NCBI GenBank assembly: GCA_963675245.1
Contig: OY775910.1
Location: 1,184,001 to 1,248,000 of the forward strand
Direction: 5' to 3'
DNA from: Acholeplasmataceae bacterium
Lineage (GTDB): Bacteria; Bacillota_I; Bacilli_A; Acholeplasmatales; Acholeplasmataceae
Length of the DNA: 64,000 bases
Shown here: positions 19,348 to 28,976 of the stretch, piece after piece
How positions within the stretch are numbered: position 1 is the stretch's first letter
Layout of the letters: each line of letters opens with the position of its first letter
Translations under genes and position numbers: made by a program
The notes under the pieces: generated by a model
What the model was told of the DNA's origin: nothing
Database searches by the model: none
Seen by the model: only the letters and a program-made list of their open reading frames with translations

Positions 19348-22268
19348 TATAGTGCCCTCCCAATATTAATATTAAACATATTGCCATCGACATAAAGTGT
19401 GTAGTAATCGATATGTTGTAAACCATATGATTCAACCGTTAAGACTGCAATTGTATATCTACCAGGGACATCAATATCATAATAAGCAGATGTGTAAACA
19501 GAAGCGTTATTATTCGTGATGGTGACATTTGACATAGGATCAAATGATTCACCTTTTTTAATATGTACTTCTGAGGATTTGATGCTTGATGATGCGTCTG
19601 TTGTTTCAACTAAGATCATCGTTGATGAAGAAACGACATAGGCCATATTAGAAATTTTTTCAACACCATACAAGTCAGCAGTAAGTGGGTTTGATAGAAT
19701 ACGATATGTTTTTCCAGCGGTGAGTTGAACCGATACGATACCTGAGTTAGGATGACCACTGTGAATGACGATCACCTCTGGTTCACCTGTTTCACCAGCA
19801 ATCTTATAAGCAATACCTTCAATATTATCTGATGTGTCTAGGAATGAAAGTCTCGCTTGAATACCCGCTGCAGTATCTATTCTAAAGTGAGAATAGGCTT
19901 TTCTGATTGCGATTAACGTTTTATAATACTCAAAGACTTGAACATAATCAGCCTTGCGGTCCCATCTCAATTGATTCACACTATCCGGTGATTCATAAGA
20001 GTTTTCATCATAACCACCAGCACCATCAGGTTTAGAACGCATGAATTCAGCACCAGCATGTAAGAACGGAATACCTTCAGAAGTTAAGATAATCGCGTTC
20101 GCTTGGATTTGTTCAGCGATAAGTTCATCGCCTCTAACATGGGTTAAACGCAATTTATCGTGTAAGGTATTATTATCATGAGCAGACACATAATTAATGG
20201 TCTTAGTAGGTGATAAATGCCAAGCATCAACATTTAAACCATTATAGTCTATACCACCTACGATGCCATACTTAACATTATTTGTGAAAGAAGATTGTCC
20301 AACACCTTGAACCCATCCTTCATCACCAACATTAAATACTGAACCTTTAATACCATCTCTAACGTTATCGTTGAATGCACCGACTTCATTGAGTTCGCTA
20401 ATATTATCTTTATTGGCTGCGATGGTGTTTGATAATGGTGTTGAACCACCATTCCAAGGTTCACCATAAATAACGATTGTGTCATCAATAGCGTGTAGTG
20501 CTTCAGAGATCGCATTCATGGTTTCTACATCATGAAGCGCCATCAGATCAAATCTAAATCCTGAAAGGTTGTATTCAGTTGCCCAAAAGACAGTAGAATC
20601 AACCATGAACTTACGCATCATTGATCTGTCGGATGCTGTTTCATTTCCTGTACCAGATCCATTTGAGAATGTGCCATCATTATTTAATCTATGATAATAA
20701 CCTGGAACGATTTCATTAAAATTAGATGTATCGGATTCACCTGTATGGTTGTAAACAACATCCATAATGATTCTAATATCACGTTCAGTGAATGCCATCA
20801 CAGCTTCCTTAAATTCAGTAATTCGTTTTGCGCCATCAAATGGATTTGTTGAATAAGAACCTTCTAAGGTATTAAAGTTGTATGGCATATATCCCCAATT
20901 AAAGGTATTATCGTAATTTGGATCAAGTGCCATCTCAACTTCATCAACATAACCAAAATCAAAGATAGGTAGTAATTGAACAGCGTTAACGCCTAATTCA
21001 TCTAAATGATCTAGTCCTGTCGTAACAGTGACATCTTCATCGTTGGTATAAGTTGTACCACCGACAGTGAGTCCCATAAATGTACCACGATATGCATCTG
21101 GTCCATCCCATGAACTGTGTGTGGTTAAATCTCTAACGTGTAATTCATATATGATATAATCGGTCATACTCATAATCGTATCTGGACGATCGTCATATGT
21201 CCATCCAGCTGGGTTTGTGTCTTCAAAATTAACAATCATACCCCGCATACCATTCGCACCAGTCGAATAAGCATATGGATCAACGACTTCATTGATGACA
21301 CCAGCATTATTCACCGTGAATGTATAATACATAGCGTCATAATCTTCAGTCACCGTAACTTCCCAAGCACCGTTACCAATGCGTTCCATAGGTTCAACAG
21401 CAAGTGGTGTTAAGTCTTCATGTTCATTGCCTTGATCATCATATTCAGGATGACCTTGTGCATAAATATTTACCGCTACTGCATCAGATAATGGTGCCCA
21501 TAATCTAAATGTTGTATTTGAACCTTCTTTGATGACACCTAATTCACCATCATAAGTGAATTGATTTTCAAAGTCTTCAGTATCGTAAAGTCTGGATAAT
21601 GAAACTGTACGTGAAGGTTGCCACTCAGTATCAAATTTGATTTTAACGGAATAACTCTTTGTCAAATCAACTGTAAGACCTGAAATGGTGAAAGATGTTG
21701 AAGTGACAGCACCACTCTTAATCATCGTATTATTTTCATAAAGTTCGTAACCAAGATCAGGGATGTGTGTCAAATTAACATCGATTGTATAATCTGTATC
21801 AAACGATGCAGATAAAACTTTTGCACGATAATCTGGGATGTCATTATCAAGATCAGCTTGGGATGTCCCGATGTTTAAATCACCTTGGACAAGATAAGCA
21901 TGAACTGTGCCATTTATTTCTTCGGCAGTCGTTAATACGATATAACGATCTCCACCTGGTTCTCTATAGCCATCCCATCCACCTTCTTTGACGATAATGC
22001 CTAAAGTGGTAGCAGTAGGATAATCAGCGGTTAGATCAATCTCGATGTATGCACCATGTTCATCGACATCGGTATTGTTGAAATCATGTTGTATACCACC
22101 AAGTGACGATGGTTGATATTCCCATAACCATATATTAAAACCTGCATAGTCGCCATCATATCGGTAGTAATGGACAACTAAGTTTGTCGGTGCATCAGCA
22201 GCATACGCAATAAGACTTGTATACATAATGCCGACAAGTAATATAATTAGTATCATTATTTTTTTCAT
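19347..22268 (-). CDS. pulA: secreted type I pullulanase (CBM41/PUD + CBM48 + GH13 + C-terminal Ig-like domain)
   Basis: Signal peptide ending AYA; VHYYRYDGDY.GFNIWLW; FRLWAP; IYELHVRD; FNWGY; FRFDLM, YGEPW, SAHDN. Confidence 0.93.
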   Translation of the reverse strand: MKKIMILIILLVGIMYTSLIAYAADAPTNLVVHYYRYDGDYAGFNIWLWEYQPSSLGGIQHDFNNTDVDEHGAYIEIDLTADYPTATTLGIIVKEGGWDGYREPGGDRYIVLTTAEEINGTVHAYLVQGDLNIGTSQADLDNDIPDYRAKVLSASFDTDYTIDVNLTHIPDLGYELYENNTMIKSGAVTSTSFTISGLTVDLTKSYSVKIKFDTEWQPSRTVSLSRLYDTEDFENQFTYDGELGVIKEGSNTTFRLWAPLSDAVAVNIYAQGHPEYDDQGNEHEDLTPLAVEPMERIGNGAWEVTVTEDYDAMYYTFTVNNAGVINEVVDPYAYSTGANGMRGMIVNFEDTNPAGWTYDDRPDTIMSMTDYIIYELHVRDLTTHSSWDGPDAYRGTFMGLTVGGTTYTNDEDVTVTTGLDHLDELGVNAVQLLPIFDFGYVDEVEMALDPNYDNTFNWGYMPYNFNTLEGSYSTNPFDGAKRITEFKEAVMAFTERDIRIIMDVVYNHTGESDTSNFNEIVPGYYHRLNNDGTFSNGSGTGNETASDRSMMRKFMVDSTVFWATEYNLSGFRFDLMALHDVETMNAISEALHAIDDTIVIYGEPWNGGSTPLSNTIAANKDNISELNEVGAFNDNVRDGIKGSVFNVGDEGWVQGVGQSSFTNNVKYGIVGGIDYNGLNVDAWHLSPTKTINYVSAHDNNTLHDKLRLTHVRGDELIAEQIQANAIILTSEGIPFLHAGAEFMRSKPDGAGGYDENSYESPDSVNQLRWDRKADYVQVFEYYKTLIAIRKAYSHFRIDTAAGIQARLSFLDTSDNIEGIAYKIAGETGEPEVIVIHSGHPNSGIVSVQLTAGKTYRILSNPLTADLYGVEKISNMAYVVSSSTMILVETTDASSSIKSSEVHIKKGESFDPMSNVTITNNNASVYTSAYYDIDVPGRYTIAVLTVESYGLQHIDYYTLYVDGNMFNINIGRAL

Positions 22269-22291
22269 ATGTAAAAAACCTCCTCATCATC

Positions 22292-22408
22292 ACTATATCA
22301 AAAGTATGCAAAATTCTAGTAAAAAATGATAGCGATTACAAAAAGAGAACGGTTGCACAATGCAATCTATGTAAAAGCGTTTACATTTTACATCATTAAA
22401 TGTATGAT
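22292..22408. promoter_or_regulatory. divergent promoters with three LacI/cre-like operators
   Basis: TGATAGCGATTACA (22327-22340), AGAGAACGGTTGCA (22344-22357), TGTAAAAGCGTTTACA (22370-22385); plus-strand TTTACA-17-TATGAT; minus-strand TGATATAGT (22292-22300). Confidence 0.7.
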
Positions 22409-22454
22409 GAGATTGCTAGAATGAATACATTCTTAAATTAATAAGGAGGAAAAA

Positions 22455-24329
22455 ATGAAAAAGGTATTACTAGTATTTTTCATAGCTGTCAGTGCATTAA
22501 TGTTGTTCGCAACAACATCATTCGCAGCTGGCACTGGTAATGTCGTAGTCCACTTTCATGCGTGGGATGACGATTATAGTGATTTAGGAAATTGGGGCTG
22601 GTCTGGCCTAACTTCTAAAGCAACTTATGATGGTCTCGATGACTTCGGGGCATATTTTGAATTTAATGATGTACCAATTGACGGCGCATCACCAATGGGA
22701 TTTGTCGCAGTTAAATATGTTGGCGCAAGCCCAGACTGGGATAACGGTAAACTCACAAATGATGTTAGAATAGATAGTTCAGTCGTCATTGAAAATGAAA
22801 CAGTTCATATTTATGTATTCCAAGGTGCTTCATCAACAGAAGCTGAACCAGGCGCATATTATGCAGCTAGCAACGAATACTATAATATGTTGCTTGTTTA
22901 TTTTGATCCAACAGACTCTTATGAAGAAACGTTAGGCGTTCATGCATGGGGTGGCTGGGTTGATACTGAAGATTATAATGAAAATGAGGATATGACAGAA
23001 GATCTTCCAGCTCAATGGGGTACACCTACACAAGTATTCTCCGATGCAGGTACGGCACCTGATGGTACAACGATTAAAGCAGCAATGCTTCATTCAGATG
23101 ACACGGGTGCAGAACTATTAATTTATGCTGGCGAAGATGCTAATAAGAAGACCGGAAATTTCGGTTTATCATCAGCACTTTCCGAAACACCAGTTCTTGG
23201 TGACACAGGTATTGCTTATGTCTTAAGTAAAGGTGATGCTTATACAGCTGGTGACAATATTTATTTTAATGATCCAGTATCATTTAATGAATTTGCCTTC
23301 CAATTTAGATTAATTGAATTTGATCCAGCAGAAATGTCTGGTACATATGCTGTTGATCCAAATACAATTATTGTTAAATTAAGCACATTAGTAGAAAATC
23401 CTTATGCAAAAGCCGTAACTGAAGCTGAACAAGCACAAGCTGAAGCATATATTAAGAGTTGGTTTACCGTTCGTGAAAGATTGGGAGAAGATAGTTATCG
23501 ATTCCCTGAAACAATCGAACGTGTCGACTTTGCGAAAACAAATGCAACACTTGATTCATTCGTTCTTATCTTAGCTGGTGACGGTTTGGATAACACAAGT
23601 GATTATGAACTTTCATTTGACTTAGGTGTTGAAAAAGCTGTTACAGCTAAAGATATTACAATCACGTTAAATGTAACAGTTCCTGCAGATAACGCTGAAG
23701 CAGTTATCTCAATTGGTAGTAGTGCAAATGGATGGAATCCAGCTGCAGAAGGTTATTCAGCAACACAAATTGGTGATACAGATGTTTGGACATTAACATT
23801 CACAGTTAGCGTAACTGATCCATTTACAACAATCCAATACAAATGGACAAATGGTACTTGGGATACGGTTGAAAATGTTTCTGATAACAGAATTATCGTC
23901 GTTCCTTTCTATCTTGATTCATTAGAATATAATGATGTCATTGAATGGACTGGTGATCAATACGCTGCTACAGAAAGAGGTTCATCTCCTGTTAATTTAA
24001 TGGCAACTATTGATGTTGATATGGATAGAGAAGCACCTGTATTAAATTTCATTTCTCCTGCAGCAATCGTTGGTCAACCAGCAGCTAGCAGAATTATTGA
24101 AGTGGCATGGGGTCAACCATTCGACCAAAACTTGTTCCCAAGTTATCGTGTTGATGATGACCGTGATGGCGACTTAACACCATTTGTTTATGTACCAGCT
24201 GGCATGTATTCAACATTGGATACAGCTACTGAAGGCGACTATACAATTATGTTAAGAGTCGTAGATGATTGGGGTAACGTCACTGAAGAAACATTTATCT
24301 TCAGAGTTGTTATGCCAGTTGCAGACTAA
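22455..24329 (+). CDS. secreted, apparently non-catalytic starch-binding multidomain protein (CBM41-like x2, CBM20-like, C-terminal DUF5011-like Ig)
   Basis: Signal peptide; VVVHFHAWDDDY..LGNWGW...DDFGAYFE; LGVHAWGGW; TVP...GWNP...YKWTNGTWDTVE...NR; APV...DDRDGDLT...GDYTI...D.WGN; no GH13 catalytic motifs. Confidence 0.72.
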   Translation: MKKVLLVFFIAVSALMLFATTSFAAGTGNVVVHFHAWDDDYSDLGNWGWSGLTSKATYDGLDDFGAYFEFNDVPIDGASPMGFVAVKYVGASPDWDNGKLTNDVRIDSSVVIENETVHIYVFQGASSTEAEPGAYYAASNEYYNMLLVYFDPTDSYEETLGVHAWGGWVDTEDYNENEDMTEDLPAQWGTPTQVFSDAGTAPDGTTIKAAMLHSDDTGAELLIYAGEDANKKTGNFGLSSALSETPVLGDTGIAYVLSKGDAYTAGDNIYFNDPVSFNEFAFQFRLIEFDPAEMSGTYAVDPNTIIVKLSTLVENPYAKAVTEAEQAQAEAYIKSWFTVRERLGEDSYRFPETIERVDFAKTNATLDSFVLILAGDGLDNTSDYELSFDLGVEKAVTAKDITITLNVTVPADNAEAVISIGSSANGWNPAAEGYSATQIGDTDVWTLTFTVSVTDPFTTIQYKWTNGTWDTVENVSDNRIIVVPFYLDSLEYNDVIEWTGDQYAATERGSSPVNLMATIDVDMDREAPVLNFISPAAIVGQPAASRIIEVAWGQPFDQNLFPSYRVDDDRDGDLTPFVYVPAGMYSTLDTATEGDYTIMLRVVDDWGNVTEETFIFRVVMPVAD

Positions 24330-24340
24330 GGAGGCCAATC

Positions 24341-25705
24341 ATGAAAAAATTATGGACATTAATTATCGTATTAGTAGGCGCACTTACATTAGTCGCTTGT
24401 CAAGATGGTGAAGAAGAACCAGAACCAACTGTAAACAATGGTGAATCGATCGATTTTTCTGAAACATATACACAAAAAGAAAGTATTACTGTTTGGATGG
24501 ATGACGATTCTGGCGATTATATGGCAGAACTTATAACTGAGTTCAACAAATTATATCCAAATATCGTTGTTAATTTTGAACATAAAGGTTCAGTTGAATC
24601 ACGTGAATTATTAAAGACTTTTGGTCCTTCAGGTAATGGTGCCGACGTCTTCCAGTTCCCACATGACCACTTGGCTCAAGCGGTTCTTGAAGACTTAGTT
24701 TATCCACTTCCAGAATCAACACAAACGTTATTAGCAACACGTACTGCGCAAATCGCGTTAGATATTGCTACATTATCTTATGACGAAAATGCACATTCAT
24801 TTGATCCTAATAGTCCAAACGCTGTTGAAAGATTATATGCAGTGCCTCTATCATTAGAATCAGTAGGCTTATATTACAATACTGATATGATCGATACACC
24901 TGCTACAACAATGGAAGCATTATTAGCTGATGCAGCTACATGGAATGCAGCGCAAGCTTCTGATAATTCAGGCTTAACAAACGCTGAAAAAGGTTGGTAT
25001 TATTTAGCAACTTCATCACACTGGTCAGACAGTTACTTCATGCAACCTGTCTATTCAGCATTTGGATTCTATCCATTTGGTGCAAACCTAGATGATCCAT
25101 CTTCAGTAGGTTTCACAACAACTGAAGCTCTCGCAGCATTAAATTGGATTAATGATTCATTAAGACCTCAAGTAACTGGTAATGGTAACCATGACTCAGT
25201 AACTGGTGGTGCAAACTTTGAAAATGGTCTTATTCCTTATATTATTGCTGGTCCTTGGAACATTGAAGCTTATAGCAATGCAGATATTAACTTTGCTATC
25301 GCACCAATGCCAACCATCAATGGTCAAGCAATGAGAACATTCGCTGGTGCACAAATGGCTGCAGTTTATAAATATTCAGATCATAAAGAAGCAGCAATTA
25401 AATGGGTTGAATTCTTAAACTCAGATACTGCTATGGAACTTATGTATGAATACAAGACTAAACTTCCTGCATTGAAGACTGATTTATTAGATAGTATCGC
25501 TGGTGTAAGTGATGATACATTACTACTTGCTATGTCAGCACAATTACAAACTTCAGTACCTATGCCTACAATTCCACAAGTTACATGGTATTGGGGACCA
25601 GGTGAATCAATGATCACAGCTATTTGGGATAACGATACAGCTGTAGCTACTGCAGCTCAAGAAGCTGAAGAAGGCTATGCAAGTGCAGTTAATCTCGCTG
25701 GCTAA
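24341..25705 (+). CDS. maltodextrin ABC transporter substrate-binding lipoprotein (MalE/MalX-like)
   Basis: Lipobox LVAC; GPSGNGADVF..PHD.L, YAVP...E..GLYYN, IAGPW, PMPTIPQ...YW. Confidence 0.92.
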   Translation: MKKLWTLIIVLVGALTLVACQDGEEEPEPTVNNGESIDFSETYTQKESITVWMDDDSGDYMAELITEFNKLYPNIVVNFEHKGSVESRELLKTFGPSGNGADVFQFPHDHLAQAVLEDLVYPLPESTQTLLATRTAQIALDIATLSYDENAHSFDPNSPNAVERLYAVPLSLESVGLYYNTDMIDTPATTMEALLADAATWNAAQASDNSGLTNAEKGWYYLATSSHWSDSYFMQPVYSAFGFYPFGANLDDPSSVGFTTTEALAALNWINDSLRPQVTGNGNHDSVTGGANFENGLIPYIIAGPWNIEAYSNADINFAIAPMPTINGQAMRTFAGAQMAAVYKYSDHKEAAIKWVEFLNSDTAMELMYEYKTKLPALKTDLLDSIAGVSDDTLLLAMSAQLQTSVPMPTIPQVTWYWGPGESMITAIWDNDTAVATAAQEAEEGYASAVNLAG

Positions 25706-25749
25706 AATCAATCACACTATATTTAAAATTATCTGTTAATAAACAATTA

Positions 25750-25795
25750 AAACAAATGAGTGGCGGTAACTCTCCTTGCCGCCCTCGTTTGGTTT
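25750..25795 (+). other. intercistronic stem-loop after the SBP gene (mRNA stabiliser or attenuator)
   Basis: AAATGAG-T-GGCGGTAA-CTCTCC-TTGCCGCC-CTCGTTT. Confidence 0.7.
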
Positions 25796-25819
25796 ATTTT
25801 AAGAAAGGGATTGGGAATC

Positions 25820-28342
25820 ATGAAAGATAAACTATATCAAATATTAAACTATATTAAAAAGGGGTTAAGCTATGCCTTTAAGGGAATAGGCATCGCTTTT
25901 AAAATTATCTTTTATCCATTCACGTGGTTTTGGGGATGGTTCTCAAATATACCTTTAGTTCATAAAGTCATTTTTAGTAAACCGATGAGCTTTATCAAAG
26001 CGATTTTATCTGGTTTTGTATGGGGATTAGGACAACTCCTTAACAAACAGGTTTTTAAAGCGCTATTCTTTTTTGTTTTTTTCGCAGGTTTAATTGGTTT
26101 AGAGCTAGGAACAAGCCATTATTTTGATGATTTAAATGCATATGATAAGATTCCTGGTGTTGATTTTGAAGATACATGGGTTCAAAACAGATTTATGGCA
26201 AACTATTTATATAATAAATTTGATGATGGTGGTTATCCGGCATTTGAAGATTATTTAGTAGAAATTGGTGGTGCTGAAAATCTAACTGAAGATTTATTGA
26301 TTAAATTTATTGGTCAAGATCTTGCAGAAAACAACCCTATTACATATACGAATTTGACGACTAACCAAGAAAACTTATTAACTGACTTCGATGATAGTGG
26401 TCGTGTTCATATTATTAGAAAACAATCATTGTTTACCGATGGTTCTGGTACATTTTATCTCGAAACAAACGTTAAACAAAATGACGGAAGCACCAAAAAA
26501 GAATATGTAGAAACCACCTTACTAACAGGAGAATTAAATGAAGATAATATCTTGTATAGTACAGATGGTTTAATTTCATTTGTTAAAACGGGCACAATTA
26601 CCCAAATAGATGATAGATTTTATGTAAGGGCGTCACAAGAAACTACTAATTTGTTGATCGATATATTAACAAATACAATATATTCGGTTTCTGAGTTTCC
26701 AATTGCAGATCATGATATTGAAGATCTTGATTTGATTGGTCCTGCGTATTTAATTGATGATCAATTATATGAATATTTTGAACCGGGATTAATATATAAT
26801 TCCGTTAGACTACAGTATAAGACAAATATGTTGATGGATACGTTTAGACAAGCGATGGTTTATACGTATTCACTCGATTTTAATAAATACAATAATACTG
26901 ACTACACACGTCTCATGATTAAAGTTTATTATGAACTTAATCCAGAAATTAGAGATGCTTTTGTTAGTGATTACAATAATTTCTTCTATGATCAAGCAGG
27001 TATGTTTGTTAGAGGTTATTGGTCAGTCATTACGTTAGGTACTGCTAAAAAAGTTGACATTAAAGCACATATGAGTTTGATGGACGCAATGGTTGGTACA
27101 GTGGATGATGACTATAATTTGATTGGTGAAGTCGTCCCACTTGACTCAGTACCTATTCAAGGACATGTCACGTTATTAATCTTAATTGAAGGGTTAATTG
27201 CTGTGATTCTATCTATCTTCTTTATGATCTTTGGATTATGGAGTATTCGTGATGCGTATAAGGTAAGCGAACAACGAAGACTAGGTCAAAAAATATTAAA
27301 ACAAAGGGAATATGCGAAGACAGTTTATGAGGAATCTTTTGAATATATCATTTTATCTCCAGCACTTTTCGTACTCGCATTTATTTCAATTATGCCGATT
27401 GCATTTGGCTTTATTATCGCATTTACGAGTATTCAAGGATCTGAATCACAAATTGATACATTCGATTGGATTGGGTTCACTAACTTCATGGCACTCTTTA
27501 ACTTCACATCTGGGCTTGGCACATCCTTTGGACTTGCGTTTTGGCGTGTATTAGGATGGACAATTGTATGGGCAATCTTCTCAACGTTCACCGTATTCTT
27601 TGGTGGATTCATCCAAGCACTTATTTTAAATAGTGAAAAAGTCGTCTTTAGAAAATTTTGGCGTACAGTCTTTATTCTTCCTTGGGCGATTCCAGCGTTA
27701 TTATCACAAATGGTTTTCTCAGTTATTTTTAATGAACATGGGTTTGTTAATAATTTCTTGAGTTCAATTGGTATTTACGATATTTTAGAAAACATGCAAA
27801 TGTTAGGTGTTGAATTTGATTCATTAGAAGGTATTAAACAATTGTTTTATTTAGGTCGAGAAAATATACAGTGGTTCAGTAACCCTAAGAACCCAACATT
27901 TGTTAGAACTACTTTAATTGTCGTCAACATTTGGTTAGGTTTCCCATACTTTATGGCACTCATGACAGGGGTTATGACAGCCATCGACCGTACGTTATAT
28001 GAAGCAGCTGATATTGATGGTGCTAGTGGTTTCCAAAAGATCACTAAGATTACGATGCCACTCGTGCTCTACTCAACTGCACCAATTCTCATTATGACAT
28101 TCTCAGGTAACTTTAATAACTTCGGGGTCATTTACTTTATCACCGGAGGAGGACCGAACGCCGGCCTTGTCTCAAGGGGATATGCCGGTGATACGGATAT
28201 CCTCATATCCTGGATGTATAAGTTAACTGTTGATTATCAACAATATAATATGGCGTCTGTTTTCTCAGTCTTGATCTTCTTATTTGTAGGGTCTTTGACA
28301 GCTTGGAACTTATCGCGGACACGCGCATTTACGGAGGACTAA
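25820..28342 (+). CDS. maltodextrin ABC permease (MalF-like) with ~350-aa extracellular insertion
   Basis: GLGQLLNKQ..K, ILPWAIP, NIWLGFPY, EAA motif LYEAADIDGASGFQK, TDILISW.YKLT; start ATG 25820. Confidence 0.9.
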   Translation: MKDKLYQILNYIKKGLSYAFKGIGIAFKIIFYPFTWFWGWFSNIPLVHKVIFSKPMSFIKAILSGFVWGLGQLLNKQVFKALFFFVFFAGLIGLELGTSHYFDDLNAYDKIPGVDFEDTWVQNRFMANYLYNKFDDGGYPAFEDYLVEIGGAENLTEDLLIKFIGQDLAENNPITYTNLTTNQENLLTDFDDSGRVHIIRKQSLFTDGSGTFYLETNVKQNDGSTKKEYVETTLLTGELNEDNILYSTDGLISFVKTGTITQIDDRFYVRASQETTNLLIDILTNTIYSVSEFPIADHDIEDLDLIGPAYLIDDQLYEYFEPGLIYNSVRLQYKTNMLMDTFRQAMVYTYSLDFNKYNNTDYTRLMIKVYYELNPEIRDAFVSDYNNFFYDQAGMFVRGYWSVITLGTAKKVDIKAHMSLMDAMVGTVDDDYNLIGEVVPLDSVPIQGHVTLLILIEGLIAVILSIFFMIFGLWSIRDAYKVSEQRRLGQKILKQREYAKTVYEESFEYIILSPALFVLAFISIMPIAFGFIIAFTSIQGSESQIDTFDWIGFTNFMALFNFTSGLGTSFGLAFWRVLGWTIVWAIFSTFTVFFGGFIQALILNSEKVVFRKFWRTVFILPWAIPALLSQMVFSVIFNEHGFVNNFLSSIGIYDILENMQMLGVEFDSLEGIKQLFYLGRENIQWFSNPKNPTFVRTTLIVVNIWLGFPYFMALMTGVMTAIDRTLYEAADIDGASGFQKITKITMPLVLYSTAPILIMTFSGNFNNFGVIYFITGGGPNAGLVSRGYAGDTDILISWMYKLTVDYQQYNMASVFSVLIFLFVGSLTAWNLSRTRAFTED

Positions 28343-28346
28343 GACT

Positions 28347-28976
28347 ATGTTAGGATATATTATATTAGCATTATATGTCGTATCAGTCGTGCTCACTGTA
28401 AACTGGGGTACCGTATATGACCTTGCACAGAAAAAAGGATATGATGGTAAAACATACAGAAGAATATCAATGATTCCATTTTATGGGTATATGAAGGTTA
28501 AGGCATTAAAGACAAAATCTCATATTACCGATGAAGAGATTAAACATCTTTTCAGTTTTAGAATGATTATCACAAGAATTGGATTCTTCGCGTTACTTAA
28601 CTTCTTGATTTTCTTAGTATTAATTCCTGTATCAGTGATTTTCTACCTTGGTGTAGGTAATTGGTCATTAACCCAATTACTCATCATCTATATGGCGATG
28701 GTTATCTTGTTATTCCATCAAGGTATTGTTGTTGAATACGCAAGAAAGAAAGGCTATGAAGGTCTAAAAGTCGGTTTATTTGGTTTGGTACCGATTGTTA
28801 GTTTCATGTATTATGTAAGAGCACCTAAGAAGAGAAATATCTCTAAAGCAGGATTAAAAGCCATCTTTAGTTTTGGTAATATTATTAGCAGACTAGCTAT
28901 TATGATGGAAATTGTCTTATTAGCGATTGTCGTTATAGTACCTGTGGTTTACATCTTTGGTATGGCATTTGCAAAT
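28347..28976 (+). repeat. ungapped 105-aa tandem duplication in the MalG N-terminus
   Basis: AQKKGYDG...IP...LFSF..IITR versus ARKKGYEG...VP...IFSF..IISR exactly 315 nt apart. Confidence 0.85.

Noticed and set aside
25760..25819. Upstream GTG/TTG or ATG starts in the ORF track (malF, also arcA, GT4, pgpA, msrB, chr, glgP, neopullulanase, acpP, DUF1189)
   Set aside because: They cross hairpins, promoters or neighbouring genes; downstream ATGs fit the SD or family N-terminus better
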